A stretch of 51,216 nucleotides of DNA, filler included, from Catajapyx aquilonaris (taxonomy: Eukaryota), in the NCBI GenBank assembly GCA_000934665.2. It is 2 parts of 2 records of this genome, joined end to end, with 100 filler letters (N's around TTAATTAATTAA, not from the genome) between each part and the next. Parts side by side here need not be neighbours in the genome. Positions count along the whole stretch, not along the records: positions 1 to 25,581 come from JYFJ02005349.1; 1 more part is not named here. One strand, given 5' to 3'. Below the pieces are notes generated by a model. That model was given only the letters and a program-made list of their open reading frames with translations. It was not told the origin of the DNA and made no database searches. Positions 11,181 to 23,489 of the stretch are shown piece by piece; the first letter of the stretch is position 1; the number at the start of each line of letters is the position of its first letter. The position numbers were made by a program, and so were the translations under genes.

Positions 11181-14100
11181 GACTGAAGAGTTCTGGTCTC
11201 CTGAGCACCCTTAGCTATCATCAGCAAGAGGGCTGCCGTGGTTCCAAACCAACCGCCGCCATCTGACTACTTGGACGATGCCCAACCGACATGCTTCGAT
11301 TAATAGTTCATCCTCGCTTCATACCAACTAATTTTCCAGATTCTTCTCTATACCCCCCCCCCCCAACTCCCAGCCTCCCTCCCCGCAACAACACAATCAC
11401 TTCGTCTTAAGCGATCCCAAGATCTTACACTAATAAGGTTCCAAATACGGCTCTTTTGTCTGTTTTCGTCTTCCTCGGCTCCCTGAAATAAGGATGTGGG
11501 GGCTTACTTTTTATACCACAAATCGTTGTAGATCCATCGATTACTTAGATCAAGAAATTTTATTACGTCGGTGTCGTATGGCAAATGCCGGTCATAATAC
11601 ACGCAGTCAATAACACTGCCACTTGAAATACAGTCAGGGGTTTAGTATACATTTTCTCTCTCCAACTTTTCTCTTAGATAATTATATAGAGCGTCAATTT
11701 TTGAACAAACTGTTACAGGCTCATCAATAATTATTGTCACTGAGACACTGTATAATACAATTTGAGGGTCTCAGTGCACAATAATATTATGTCAGTGTTA
11801 AAAATGAATCCGAATGACAGGGGGCAACATCCCATCAGCATAACGAGAGATTGGGGCAATGTAGCGCTGAATGAGGCTTATTTTAGACCTGCTGGTCGAT
11901 GTCTTTAATGTTCGTACCATAGTAAAAAATGAATTTATTTTGTTTAAGCCGTTATAACGGCTTAAACAAAAATAAATTCATTTTTTTCTTCTCGCGAGTT
12001 CCCAGGTTGCTTAAATCTGACTGGCAATATATTGCTTCGTTGCAATAATTTTTGTTGTGATGACAAGGGCTATAAAGAGATGATTGTACGATTGCTTCTA
12101 GTTTGCATTTTATAAAAATAGTCACTATCCCGGCCCACTGTGCGTCGTAAGGCCCATCATACCCCAAAACGAATTTGACTGTCCCCGTGGTCTTGAGATG
12201 CTCTCTCGCCAAGCAGGTGTTTCACTCCCGCCAAGTCAGTGTCCACATCTGCAGGAGTCTTCGGCAATATGCAGACTCGGATTTAAAAATTCTTGGATGC
12301 TGGAGGGGACCACTTTTGGTATATTCTTTAGTCAGACCTTGTTTGGCATTCGATACAAGGTAAGTACATGTCAATTTTCATCGGGAACCATACCATGGTT
12401 AAAAAGTTATTGAGGAATGTTTGGGTTTCCATTCGGGAGAATCACCCTGTACAACGCATGTAGGGGTTTTCTGAAAACCTCCAGTTCCAAAACCTCTGAT
12501 TTTCTCCTAATTTAACTCATGTTGATACAACCGGCCCTAAAAGAGACAAGAAAGTAATGGTTACAGTACCTATTTCAAACCAAATTGCTTATATTGTATA
12601 GTGTTTGCTCCTTCGAACAATAAGCTATACACTGGAAATATCATATTGTTGTCGTTGTTGTCATGGTAAGAGGTAGGCCTACATTTTGCTTTCCCTATTT
12701 GTTTCTTATCGGTAATGCGACATTCCATTTGCTGTACAGCACTGTGACTTCTGTATACTCACCAGTTGGAAATAGAGGTTGAAGTCGAGCAGTCATCTTT
12801 TTGGGAACATTATTTTATCCGTTTTACCAAGCTTCCACTGCGCTCTCCTGCTACTCATGTTACAGTCATGCTTGAGTAAACATGTGAAAAGGCAGAACCA
12901 TCACAGTAAATGTCGTGTGATTTCTAGATATGAAAAATTGAAATTTTAATATTTCATTCCTGCAAGGAATTATTGGAATCACACAGTCAGAAAAGTGACA
13001 TGGGCATCTGAAACTTTACGTCAAAGAGTACATTTCAATGCGTAACTCAATTTCGACTAAAATGTGACTCTGATCATTGTGTGTCTCGAGTTTTCAAACA
13101 GACTGGTATGAATTTCTATTGACTATACAGAAAATGTCTGCAGGACTTCCTATAGAATAACTATTTTGACTGGGTCTGAGCCCCGCCAGGATTATCTCTA
13201 GCGTTGATCCTGCAACCGCTGGATCACAGGCTGTCTCTGATCGATGAGCTATATTCTGTTAAATTTGTCAAAATTTTGATCCCTTCAGATTGCAATCACT
13301 CCAGCTGGTAAATCTCTCTGGAATACTCGTTCATCACGAAAACTTGTTGCCTTATGATGGCCACGAGCGCTGCAACGCCTGTGTCACTTATGCGGGCAGA
13401 TCAATGCCTAATGTAAAAATTGGCTGCCCCCCCCCCCCCACACGCACACACCCTGTTCACCACTTTCCACATGCATTAACTTTTATGAGGCTTACATTGC
13501 AAGGTAACAAGACCTTGAAACTTCTGCCCTTCTGAGTATGCAACAATTAACATGGAAGCGCGTTAGGGGTGTGTATCTACGCAGAGACCATTCCCTCCGC
13601 CCCTAGGGAAATTCCAATCAAGTGCTTATTTCGGATTGCCAAGCAGCCAAGACACACTACTTGAATATGAAAGTGTCTGGCATGCAAGCTTTGACCTACA
13701 GTGGTCAATGATAATAACATTAGACCCATTAAGCAGTCGCTATCTTTTCATATGAAGCATCTTTCTGCGCTCACTTGTCAGTCAACATTGATTTCCATAC
13801 CAGTCGGGCTTTTCGAACTGCACCGAATTCAACAGCACTTGCTACATAAAAAATTATGCAAAGGCCAAACCTAATGGTGGTTTTGGGACAAACAATACAT
13901 TTATCGTTATTGTAGCGTTTCATTTATAACCATCTTGACACCTGCTGTTACTCTTATTGCAAATATCTGCCGGCTAGGCTTACTTGATCTGATGGAATAG
14001 TGTGGCATTATGTATACGTACGTATAAGGCAAATAAGAACTATCCTTCTGTTACACTCAGCCATTATCGGCATCAACTGTTTTTTTTGTGTGTTGCGTTG

Positions 14101-14335
14101 ATAAGAAAACCACATAGGCCTACCCGGAATCTGTACAGTAAAGCGATCGACTATCGACGATTCACTATCACCAATATATTAAACACTTACTGTAGTGCTT
14201 TTTGCTCATTGGAAGGGAGGGTCGACAATAAAAACGCTGCTGGCTTTTTATTAGTGACGTATTCGAGTGTCAAAATTTGGCTCAAAGTATGCGGGTATAT
14301 GCATGACTATGGCAACTTGAGATGCATTGGAAATG

Positions 14336-14372
14336 ATCTCTCTCTCTCTCTCTCTCCCTCTCTCTCTCTCTC
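14336..14372 (+). repeat. (CT)n microsatellite
   Basis: Directly visible. Confidence 0.95.
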
Positions 14373-14449
14373 TGGTGTAGTTTGAACACATAATTTAAAA
14401 CATTCATAAGTCCTAATATGTCATGCTTCTTTTCATCTGCCGGTGCTTA

Positions 14450-14590
14450 GGTAAGGTGTCTGGGATGACCTCGAGAGGTCATAACCTTTGACCATGTATT
14501 GCTCAGCCGAAACGGTTTGTATTTTGGCTAATAACACATCTGTCCAGCATCTGTCTATATTATTGTGCCAAGTTTCAATCAGCAACTCCA
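14450..14590 (+). repeat. Dispersed repeat fragment (second copy ~16970-17097)
   Basis: Shared TCGAGAGGTCATAAC(C/T)TTTGACC and TATTATTGTGCCAAGT...TCAGCAACTC. Confidence 0.7.
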
Positions 14591-14749
14591 TCTACAATGC
14601 ATGACCTTTCCTATTAATTTCACTTTCTCACATATAGCCCTAATAGCGGTATTATTATAAATAATCTATTTAAGGATAATAAATTATTGCTACCGTATAA
14701 TCGCCGAAACCGACCCTGTGATTGATCCTTTCTGTAACAATATATTTCT

Positions 14750-14929
14750 GGCATCTATCCCTGCCAGCCGCCTGAATCCGAGGGTGGAATTATCGTCGTA
14801 CTACTAGTTACTTTTAACTTAGCAGTACCAATGGTATGCATTATGCAATGGTACTGCTAAGTTAAAAGTAACTAGTAGTACGACGATAATTCCACCCTCG
14901 GATTCAGGCGGCTGGCAGGGATAGATGCC
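14750..14929. repeat. Perfect 81-bp inverted repeat with 18-nt spacer
   Basis: 14750-14830 is the exact reverse complement of 14849-14929 (checked base by base). Confidence 0.95.
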
Positions 14930-15719
14930 TGTGGAGCTGTGCCAGCGCCAAATTTCGGGCTGGTGGAGACTCTCTAAGTACACTACCGTCTCGTATGAGT
15001 TTCAGGAAGGCTGCCTCAATGCTAATCATAGGCTAGACTGTGTCACATAGAGGCGTAATAAAACACAAAATACCTACGAGGCGATAATTATATTCCCAGC
15101 CACCAGCAATATTTTAAACGACCTATTCAAATTATTTCCGTGATTGTGTAAGCGTCTCGTTTGCGGATCATTATAACTGTTATTGGGCATGAGCTTTGCG
15201 GGTTGCAGGACCACGAAAAGCGGATGGAAGGGTTAGCCAAGCTTTTACTCCATATTATTGTTTGTAGGAAACAGACCATGGCGAAATTATCCGGAGACCT
15301 GGAGGAGTATTATAACATCCAAAATTAGACAAAATGGCTAACACCGTGACCAGGTTTGGCGACCATACAAATTTCGGCGCCACTGTCGATTTAATGTTCT
15401 GTATTTGCTTATTCCGGTCTGACCTTTCCGAACCCTTTTGCAGATTAAGATTGTCGGGAAGTCGGGCATTTTCGAGGGGGTGGGGTGGCGGTGGGGGATT
15501 TTGGCTTGATGGGAAAAACCCAGCAACTCTCTTTAACTTCTGGTCAGACAATATGCACAAAGTTACATTAAAATAAAAGAGTCGAGGTCTTTATCATTAC
15601 TATTTAAAGACGTAGTCAGGCCAATTTGGTAAGCAGATATAGGTTATCGACAACGATGAATTCAATTTTGCTATCAAAAGTGTGTAAAAAATGATATTTG
15701 AAATAGTTGATAGGATTAA

Positions 15720-16229
15720 CCCTTTCATTCCTGAATTTTTTGGGCCGTTTCTTCTCTTTTTGAAAAAAATTTGTAGTAGGAGTGATATAATGAAAAACAA
15801 TATTCTTCAATATTTATCATTTTTACTCGTGGTGGTCCTTTGGAATGTAAAAATGCCGAAAACATTCCCCTACTGGGTGTTCCAGAAAAAAAATTTAAAT
15901 GCAATTAACTTTAAATGCAATTAAATTAATTTAAATTTTTAAAATCACTATAAAATTGTTACGATTGTTGCAAAATAATACTAAAACACTGCACTATGAG
16001 AAATTCCTAAGAGTCCAGACTTATGGGACACCCTGTAATTACGCGGCCGGGTGGGGGGTTGTTTACCTTTCAAGGGCGCGAGCAAAATATAACAATCCGA
16101 CTTTGTGGGTGCTGAGTCACCATCCACTAGATGGCACAAGAAGTTTGACCCACAAAGTTTGCCTTCTGCATGCGAACGCTTTGCCGCCAGATTAATTGTT
16201 GCCATATGGCTACAGTGGGAATGAAAGGG
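15720..16229. mobile_element. MITE, piggyBac-like
   Basis: TTAA|CCCTTTCATTCC ... GGAATGAAAGGG|TTAA: perfect 12-bp TIR, TTAA TSD; contains a Tc1-type right-end fragment (TCCAGACTTATGGGACACCCTGTA, ~16014-16037). Confidence 0.8.
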
Positions 16230-16657
16230 TTAAGAAAAGGGGCTAGTAGAGCCACGTGAGTTGATCTAGGCTTACAGCGATAAGGAAGTTCCCTGAGGCA
16301 AAAATGACGAATCGTGCCGTGCGGCCAGTTTGTCGCCCAACCATTACGGAAAAATCCCGTCCGAAAACGGGTCGGGAAGTCCAAATTATGCGAAGAAAAC
16401 GGCCTTGAAAGTTCCCATGTAGGAAAGAAATTTATGGTAAAAATCAGAACATGACCAGGATTGGCAAGCACCAGAAACATCGGGGCCACTGTTCCAGCCA
16501 AATTGAGGCATTTGTCATAGTTACAGAAGATTTTGTATGCCTATGTCATTGGAGTTTGCCGCCAGCCATTTCCCCACTGGACTGCAACTNCCCACCCCCC
16601 CCACTGTTTGCCCCCACACCTCGGATTAGCTGAATGAATCATCGCCCTTGACTGTAC

Positions 16658-16726
<69 letters not shown>

Positions 16727-16845
16727 TTGTACCCCGTGGAAGAGCCATGGGCTCTCTTAGGGGGGGGGGGGATACCACCATATTTTTTTGTCTGGAACTC
16801 TTTCTGGCATTTTTACTTTTTCTTATCCCTTTCCAGTGATGCAAT
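16658..16845 (-). mobile_element. 5'-truncated retroposon 3' end with (ATT)n tail
   Basis: Minus strand ATGGTGGTATCCCC...TAAGAGAGCCCATGGCTCTTCCACGGGGTAC matches the tails of SINEs at 21.4 and 46.1 kb and runs directly into the (AAT)n tract 16658-16726. Confidence 0.7.
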
Positions 16846-17692
16846 AAAATGTCTGCTTTTTAAAGCGCAACATCAAACTTGGCTCGTAAGGCATGAACGC
16901 TAGAGGGGGGATCAGGGGAACTGGGCCCCCAAGCGCGGCGGGTTTCGATGCACATCCTCCCGCCAGACCTAAGCTGTCCGGGCTGAGTTCGAGAGGTCAT
17001 AACTTTTGACCTTGTGGGCATTCGCCAAACATGTTTGCATTTTTTTAAATAACTAACCTGCCTCTATTATTGTGCCAAGTGTCATTCAGCAACTCAGTGG
17101 ACAACACTTACACTTCCCTTGTCAGTCAAGTTCATGTCTGTAATGGCGTAACGCACACCGCTCGCAGCTGTTCACCTCCGTGAAGTGGTTAGCTCGTTAC
17201 TCCCGACACACTTTGGGTAGTTATATTATCTTTGCAACAATGAAACAACATCTGCACAAATTGTAACTTCATTTTAACTGCATTTAGCGTAGTATACTGA
17301 CAGTGAGGGCTCAGTCTCCGATGGGGAAATCGTCGAGTCATTCCGCCCACAAATAGACGGGATAACCGGGTGTCGCCTATAAACAAGTATAATTAACGCG
17401 ATTTTAACTTCACAGACCGACAGTGCAATGTTCGTACTGTCGGATGATGAACAGGGCGATTTTCCTCACTAACCAGTCACCCCAGAAAAAAAGTCCTGCA
17501 TCGGCATCATCAGGAACTGGGCCGCAGAAAGTGACACTTTTTTCTTCCTTCTTCGATAAAAAAAATAGATCATTCAAGTGACGGTTGCTAATCTTACATG
17601 ATGCCGCACATATTTAAACAAGCTTTCCAATGACGCTTCGCATTAATTGTTTGGACTATTCATTCATGAGACGCGTTCTTCCGAACAGAAGC

Positions 17693-18062
17693 TCCAATGT
17701 TAAATAAATTGGTAGAGAAACGTCATAATTAGTTTGGGACGCGAGAATTTTTTTTATTTATGGATGGATTTTTTTGTTTTTGATGTGAGGACGTTCCTGC
17801 CCAAAATATCTCGTGTACATTTTTCAAGCACTTGATTATTCGAATTAGTTAAAAAGATGGAGCGTTTTATTGCCGTCGCACAAGTTTCCAATGTAAATGT
17901 CATAATTAGTTTAGGACGCGAGAATTTTTTTTATTTATGGATGGATTTTTTTTATTTTTGATGTCAGGACGTTCCTTACCAAAATATCTCGTTTACATTG
18001 TTCAAGCACTTGATTCATCGAATTAGTTAAAAAGATGGAGCGTTTTTAGTGCCTTCGTCAAT
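17693..18062 (+). repeat. Tandem duplication (~177-190-bp unit x2)
   Basis: GTCATAATTAGTTT(G/A)GGACGCGAG...GAATTAGTTAAAAAGATGGAGCGTTTT at 17722 and 17899. Confidence 0.9.
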
Positions 18063-19282
18063 GTTGCTTATGGCTAGCTGGGCGAGAAGGGTCGGGGGGC
18101 TGGAAACCTGGGTACGCTGTCACAGAACACCGTATGTGATACCCATTGTCATGCTAAAAGGGCCAGTAGTTTCTTAATAGTACAGCTTAATCCCCGAATA
18201 TAGAAGGATGAATTCTAATTATTTTGCCTTTTGTCAAGGCGGCAATGAGCGTGACAGTAATGTGGTTAGGAAAGCTGATCGCTTTGGGCATAGGCGACTC
18301 CGGCATTTAAGACAGGTTGATGGGCATTTGGGTGAGAGCAGTAGTCAGGTCGACGTCAGATATGAAAAATAGGAGACTTGGTGCCCCGGATGGGTTCCCC
18401 AAGAAGAGAGGTAGGTCGTCAAAGGAGAGCCTGTCTGGCACAGTACTTGGGTGACGAATGACCCCCATCGAGGGTCGCAAGCGCCTGTCACGTGGACAGT
18501 TGAATCGGGATGTCGTTTCCTTTCGGGACCCCCCAGCTAGTCTTAGGGGGAATGTTTTGCATGTCAAAGAGCATTTCCATTCGTCTCCCACACTGGCTGC
18601 CTCGCTTTGCTCCTGAATACAGTTTTTACTCTATCTACGTATTATGTTATATTGCCTTCGTTTTTTAAAGAAAATAAGAATTGTCGTCCCGCTGCAGAAG
18701 GCTGCCAGTGGAAGAAGAAACAGAGAAAGTGAGGACGATCATTTGAAAACTTTTCGGCCGGTGATTTATTGGAGCGGTAAAACGTGCATCAGTACAAGAA
18801 AGTCTAGGGCAAAGCGGTTTTTTCTTTTGTATTCTCTTTTCGCGTTTGACGGTCCGTTAATAAATGTCAGGCTGGCTGCAAAGTACTCTTTTGGGGTCAC
18901 TTTTCACTTAGAGAGAGTAGTCTCAGGCGAAGTGTACCGAAAATGGGGGAGGTATGCTGTAGTAAACTATAACAGATTTCTTCAGTATGGCTCCGAAATA
19001 TTCACTGAGGTGAAAATCCACAGATTTTGTCATTGATGTGAAATGGTATCATCGGATATCGGTCCTTACGCAACTTGTACGACCTGTAAAAATAATTGCA
19101 CAGGTGCAATCAAACATAATATTATGCGTTCGTTCCGTCATACCGTTCCGTTCGTTTCGTATGCTCCCGTCAGCTAGCGGGTTGCGTTAGGAGCATGCGC
19201 TGTACAGCAGGGCAGGTAGGAGGGAGGACGGGGCCGGGGTCGGGGTGGGCAAGGGCCAAGGGGAGGTCCTCGGCTGAGAAAG

Positions 19283-19438
19283 ATGGCGGAGCCCTGTGCT
19301 GCGGAAGCAGCCGGCATTGCAGTGAAAATGCTCATGAACCGACATCGGAAGGGCGTCCAGGTCACAGTGCACCAAGTGGGGAAAAAGCTGGACATGGTGC
19401 GGAGGCTGGTCAGGTCGGGAATTTGCGACAAAAAATAG
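19283..19438 (+). pseudogene. Possible pogo/Tigger transposase N-terminal remnant
   Basis: MAEPCAAEAAGIAVKMLMNRHRKGVQVTVHQVGKKLDMVRRLVRSGICDKK* loosely resembles the CENP-B/psq HTH start (KLDxxxRL) of Tigger transposases; followed by AAATTCGCT repeats to ~19720. Confidence 0.35.
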
Positions 19439-19745
19439 GTAACTTCCGAGCTCGGGCATCCGCATTCCCAACATGGCCGAGGAAGGCCGACAAGTCCGCG
19501 TGGCTGCGCTGGGTGCCTCGAACCAGCTCCAAAATTCGCTTCGTAAAAATCGCGTCCAAAATTCGCTTCTCTCTGGCTCTGACAGACGAACGCGATTTTG
19601 TGTGTATTCGCGCGAGTAACCAAAATTCGCTCGCGTCTTGAGGGGATTCTCCGATACGTGAATGCCTTTTGTCGAAGCGAATTCGCTGAAGGCTGAAATT
19701 CGCTCGCTTTTGATGCTTATTAGCGTATATGTGAATTTATCTTAA

Positions 19746-20551
19746 GGGGGCACTACAGTCAAAATCAAGGGTTTTGTAAAAGATTTTTAAAAAAAACATT
19801 AGAGACAAGAAGTTGGGACTTCATTTTCATGAATGTACATAAGTCAAAGACCTATTAGCGCCTATAATCGAATCACGTTCGTGTGTCCAAGGGCCTCCAG
19901 GCCCGCGTGACGTCACGCCACTGTCGACACGATTTAGGGCGCTGGGGTCAACCTACAACCGTCACAGTTGACCTCAGGCTTCCTTGAGCATGTAGTTTAC
20001 GTTTGACCCAGAATTATAATTTTTGAAATAGTTTTAGTATTTTTTTGACGATAACTACCAAGTTAAGCAGTTTTGAGAAAACATTTAATAAAAGTAAAAA
20101 TAGAAGTAGTTCGAGCAGGCTAATTCTTTTGGGCCGAACGATAGCGCCATGTTTGAGGATAAATATGGTGAAGTGGGTAGTCCGTAGCTAAATATTTGTG
20201 GCCTGGGCGATGTCAACAGTGTCCAAATCCGGAAAACAGAGAAAATATCGTTTAAAGTTAAAAGTAGGGTAACGTAACAGAGCGATAATGCGATTCAAAA
20301 AAATACGTTAGTGTGACACAGACGCTCTGTTGCCAGCAGGACCGGGGTAGTGCCTCCGCGTCCGCGCGGGAGCAGCACCTGATGGCGCTCATGCCAGCGG
20401 GCAGGTGGGGAGAGGAGGGGGAACAGAAGGTCGTTGCCAGGCAAGATTGCCAGGCGTCCGCTCCCGACGCGCCAATTTGTTGAATTTCGGGACGCGGTTT
20501 GCCGCGTTCGACGCAAGAAAAGACGCTTGATTTGCTTCAAAATAAAATAAA

Positions 20552-20618
<67 letters not shown>

Positions 20619-20652
20619 CGCATTTTTGAAGGTCGATGACTGTAGTGCCCCC
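19746..20652. mobile_element. Non-autonomous element, Kolobok-like
   Basis: TTAA|GGGGGCACTACAGTCA ... TGACTGTAGTGCCCCC|TTAA: perfect 16-bp TIR, TTAA TSD, RR terminus; internal (AAT)n at ~20555-20617. Confidence 0.8.
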
Positions 20653-21127
20653 TTAATAATATGAAATGTCGAGACGTGGAAAACAAAGAACATCTGTTCT
20701 ACGCAGGGCACCGAGCACTGCACTTGTCTCTGAAAAGTAGGCTGCACATAGCGTTTGCCTTAGAAGCCGCGAACAGCCCTACTTAAATGCATGTTGGAAC
20801 AAACATCCTACCTTGTAGATCCGTGTATGTTAGTGCCTATTCCTCAACATGTCCTGTCCCGGAGAAACAATGCCCTCCGCAACCTCCAAATCTTTCAAGC
20901 TAAGTTCATTCCGTACTTGGGGGGAAGGGAGAGAGATTGGAATGGGGAATGGCGGGGATTAGAAGGGAAAGAGAGGAAACATGCTTCCAGCCTCTCTTGT
21001 AAGTGGTGGAATGTGGCAACAATGAGGAAAAGGATTGTCACCATTACAAGCTCCAGGGACAGGGAGGTAGAGATGATGGCCGTAGAGTGCTTTTCCCAAT
21101 CCTGTCCGAAGGAGGAAACGGACCAGA

Positions 21128-21245
21128 CCGGGTATACCCGATTACCCGTATTTTTATTTTTATTTATTTATTTATTTATTTATTTATTTTGCTATCCCGG
21201 AGAGCACGAAGTCCACATACCCGTATGATCCCCTGGTATACCCGG
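21128..21245. mobile_element. Short MITE-like element with internal (TTTA)n
   Basis: CCGGGTATACC / GGTATACCCGG inverted ends with TACCCG subterminal repeats. Confidence 0.45.
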
Positions 21246-21397
21246 ATCTTATTCGTATGACAACATACTGTACTTTCTACAGATGGGTGTATTAGGTCTA
21301 CTCACTGCCAAAATTGAAGACGAGGCAACAGGAGAGATTGGAAATTAGCGTCCTTGAGAACTTGAACAACTTATGATGAATACTATATTTTAGATAT

Positions 21398-21737
21398 GTG
21401 GGTAGGTGCCGTGGCCGAGATGGTAACGTCTCTGCTTGCTGAGTGAAAGGTCCCAGGTTCGATCCCCGCCTGGGTCCTCACCTGCGTCGCGTCGGGAGGG
21501 TCTCTGACCTGCACCTTGGAGGTGTCTGTCAACCTAACCTCCTGGGGGACTGCACATGGCCCTAAGGTTAAGACATTGATCCTGCACAAGTGTCCCCTCC
21601 CCAACAATCCCTATCCCCACCCCACATCCCGAAGTCCTTGCACGGTGATTGAATAACAAATGAAAAATTATTCTAAATGGTGGTAATCCACCCTCTACCG
21701 ACCCTTATAGGGTTATCACGGGGTAATAGAGGGGGAA
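21398..21737 (+). mobile_element. Full-length tRNA-derived SINE (family A)
   Basis: A box GTGGCCGAGATGG, B box GGTTCGATCCC, tail ATGGTGGTAATCCACCC...ATCACGGGGTAA; 13-bp TSD ATATTTTAGATAT at 21385-21397 and 21738-21750. Confidence 0.9.
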
Positions 21738-23268
21738 ATATTTTAGATATTCGCTCATCGACTGCAATGTTCCCTTATACCTAGTATATAATTAGTGGAA
21801 GGGGCCGATAGAGGGGCCAATTATTTTACATCTCTTCCCATTATGACGTGCGTAAGGGGGAAGGTTATCAGCTTTCAGTTAGACTACATGTCTCGAGGCT
21901 TACTATCTACTGAGTAGGATCGTGGTAAAATTTTCTATACAGTGAACTACTCTGACGGCCCAAGTTAAAACCCCATATCTTCGAAAATCACACAAGGTAA
22001 GTGTGCCAGTATTCCCCACTGTCCATGTATTCACCAACCGAGACTGGAAAGCTAAAAAAAAACAAGGGAGCGCGGCAATCTCGCAAGGAAGTGTAACATC
22101 TGGCAACATTTCCCATCTCCTGGGGGCTAGGCTGCCTCATCGCCGGGTGTCACCATTCGTGACCTACTTCGGGAAAGAGAAGCATTTGAAAAAGTGAGGT
22201 CTGATATTTACGGCGAAGCGGTGCTTTTCTTAGCATATTCGTTAAGAGATAAGTAGAAAATAAAACCTCACATATAACGAAATTGAAGAATTTGTTTCAG
22301 GTTTTTTCAGCGGAAAAGGAAGTAAATGTTTTCAAATTTTCAAATGTGATGTCATTTTGGGTAAATCTTGTGTAAAGAAAGTATTAGCTGGGTTGGCAAT
22401 TACTGGAACCAAAAACGTCACAGTTCCAATAATCTGCATGGATGCCGACTTCATGAAAACGGAATAATATTGACACCTACACGTACCAGTACCGCTTATA
22501 AAGAATGGTACGACTCTGTGGAAGAAATGTTTATCCTGTTCCCAACCCCTGGATCGCCAGCATGTTTTTAATGGTTGTGGCTTGTGGGGAAGGCTGGTAA
22601 AGGGGGAATTAAAGTAATGAAAAAGTATGAGAAAAAAGCAAGGCAAGGTAGGAAAATTTTAAGAGGGAAATTCATCTCATATCTACGCAAGCATGGTACC
22701 TGGTTGAACAATGTGGTAATAAAAATCTGGATGCGGGGAGGGGTCATACAGGTCGTCAGAGGGTGAGGAAATGTGGTCCACAGGGTCGCGACGAAATAAG
22801 TTTAGGAACACTGCTCAACGGTCAGATAAAACATGTCGTCCATAGAGTCGTACCTGAAGTTATGTTAACTGATATAACTTAAAATTGACCCTTCTTCCCT
22901 GATGCTATTGACACAATAGCTGTAAAGGGTGTCGTCGTGTCGACGGTGTCAGAGCTTACGGCGACCCGATCACTGAAGGCCCCGCGAGGTGGAGAATACT
23001 GGGACATGACTGGTGGGAATACTGGAACAGTCATCATGTTGGGGAGGGAATATTTGGGGAGGGAATACTGGAGCATTTACACACTTGCACACAACAATTT
23101 TAACGAAATATTTTCCTCTCTGATGTGGAACGAATATGCACTGGCTGAAAGAGCAAGTTTCAATGATTCAAATAATATTTTTAAATCGAAGATTTCTTAA
23201 AATATTCCCTGGAATTCCCCTCCGCAAGGTTGGAAATAAACATTCCCGAAAATTTTAATCACCACATT

Positions 23269-23489
23269 GGGGCCGTACACATATTAACCTACGTCATCAT
23301 CGAGGGGGAGAGGGAGGGACGAGAGGGGGAGAGGGGTGTAAGTTGGGATGAATAAACCAACCAAAACCTGGGGGGGCGGGGGAGGGGTTTGGGTTTGTCA
23401 AATGATGACGCAGTATGACGAGAGGGGNGGGGGGGGGGAGGTGATTCAAAAATGTGAAAAATGTGATGACGTAATATGTGTACGGCCCC
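23269..23489. mobile_element. MITE, PIF/Harbinger-like
   Basis: Perfect 18-bp TIR GGGGCCGTACACATATTA / TAATATGTGTACGGCCCC; ATT on both flanks; internal G-rich tracts and ATGATGACG repeats. Confidence 0.8.

Noticed and set aside
12198..12365. Plus-strand ORF ending at strong donor AAG|GTAAGT
   Set aside because: No recognisable protein similarity or partner exon; indistinguishable from chance.
18307..18591. 94-aa ORF and a KKRGRS AT-hook-like word on the opposite strand
   Set aside because: Frames interrupted by stops, no splice support, no family resemblance.
19174..19641. Overlapping ~150-aa ORFs on both strands
   Set aside because: GC-rich transposon-like sequence gives open frames by composition; only a short Tigger-like remnant is suggestive.
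20295..20747. 150-aa ORF with poly-Ile (also poly-Tyr/Asn ORFs at 16.6, 38.5, 49.0 kb)
   Set aside because: Translations of (AAT)n microsatellites.
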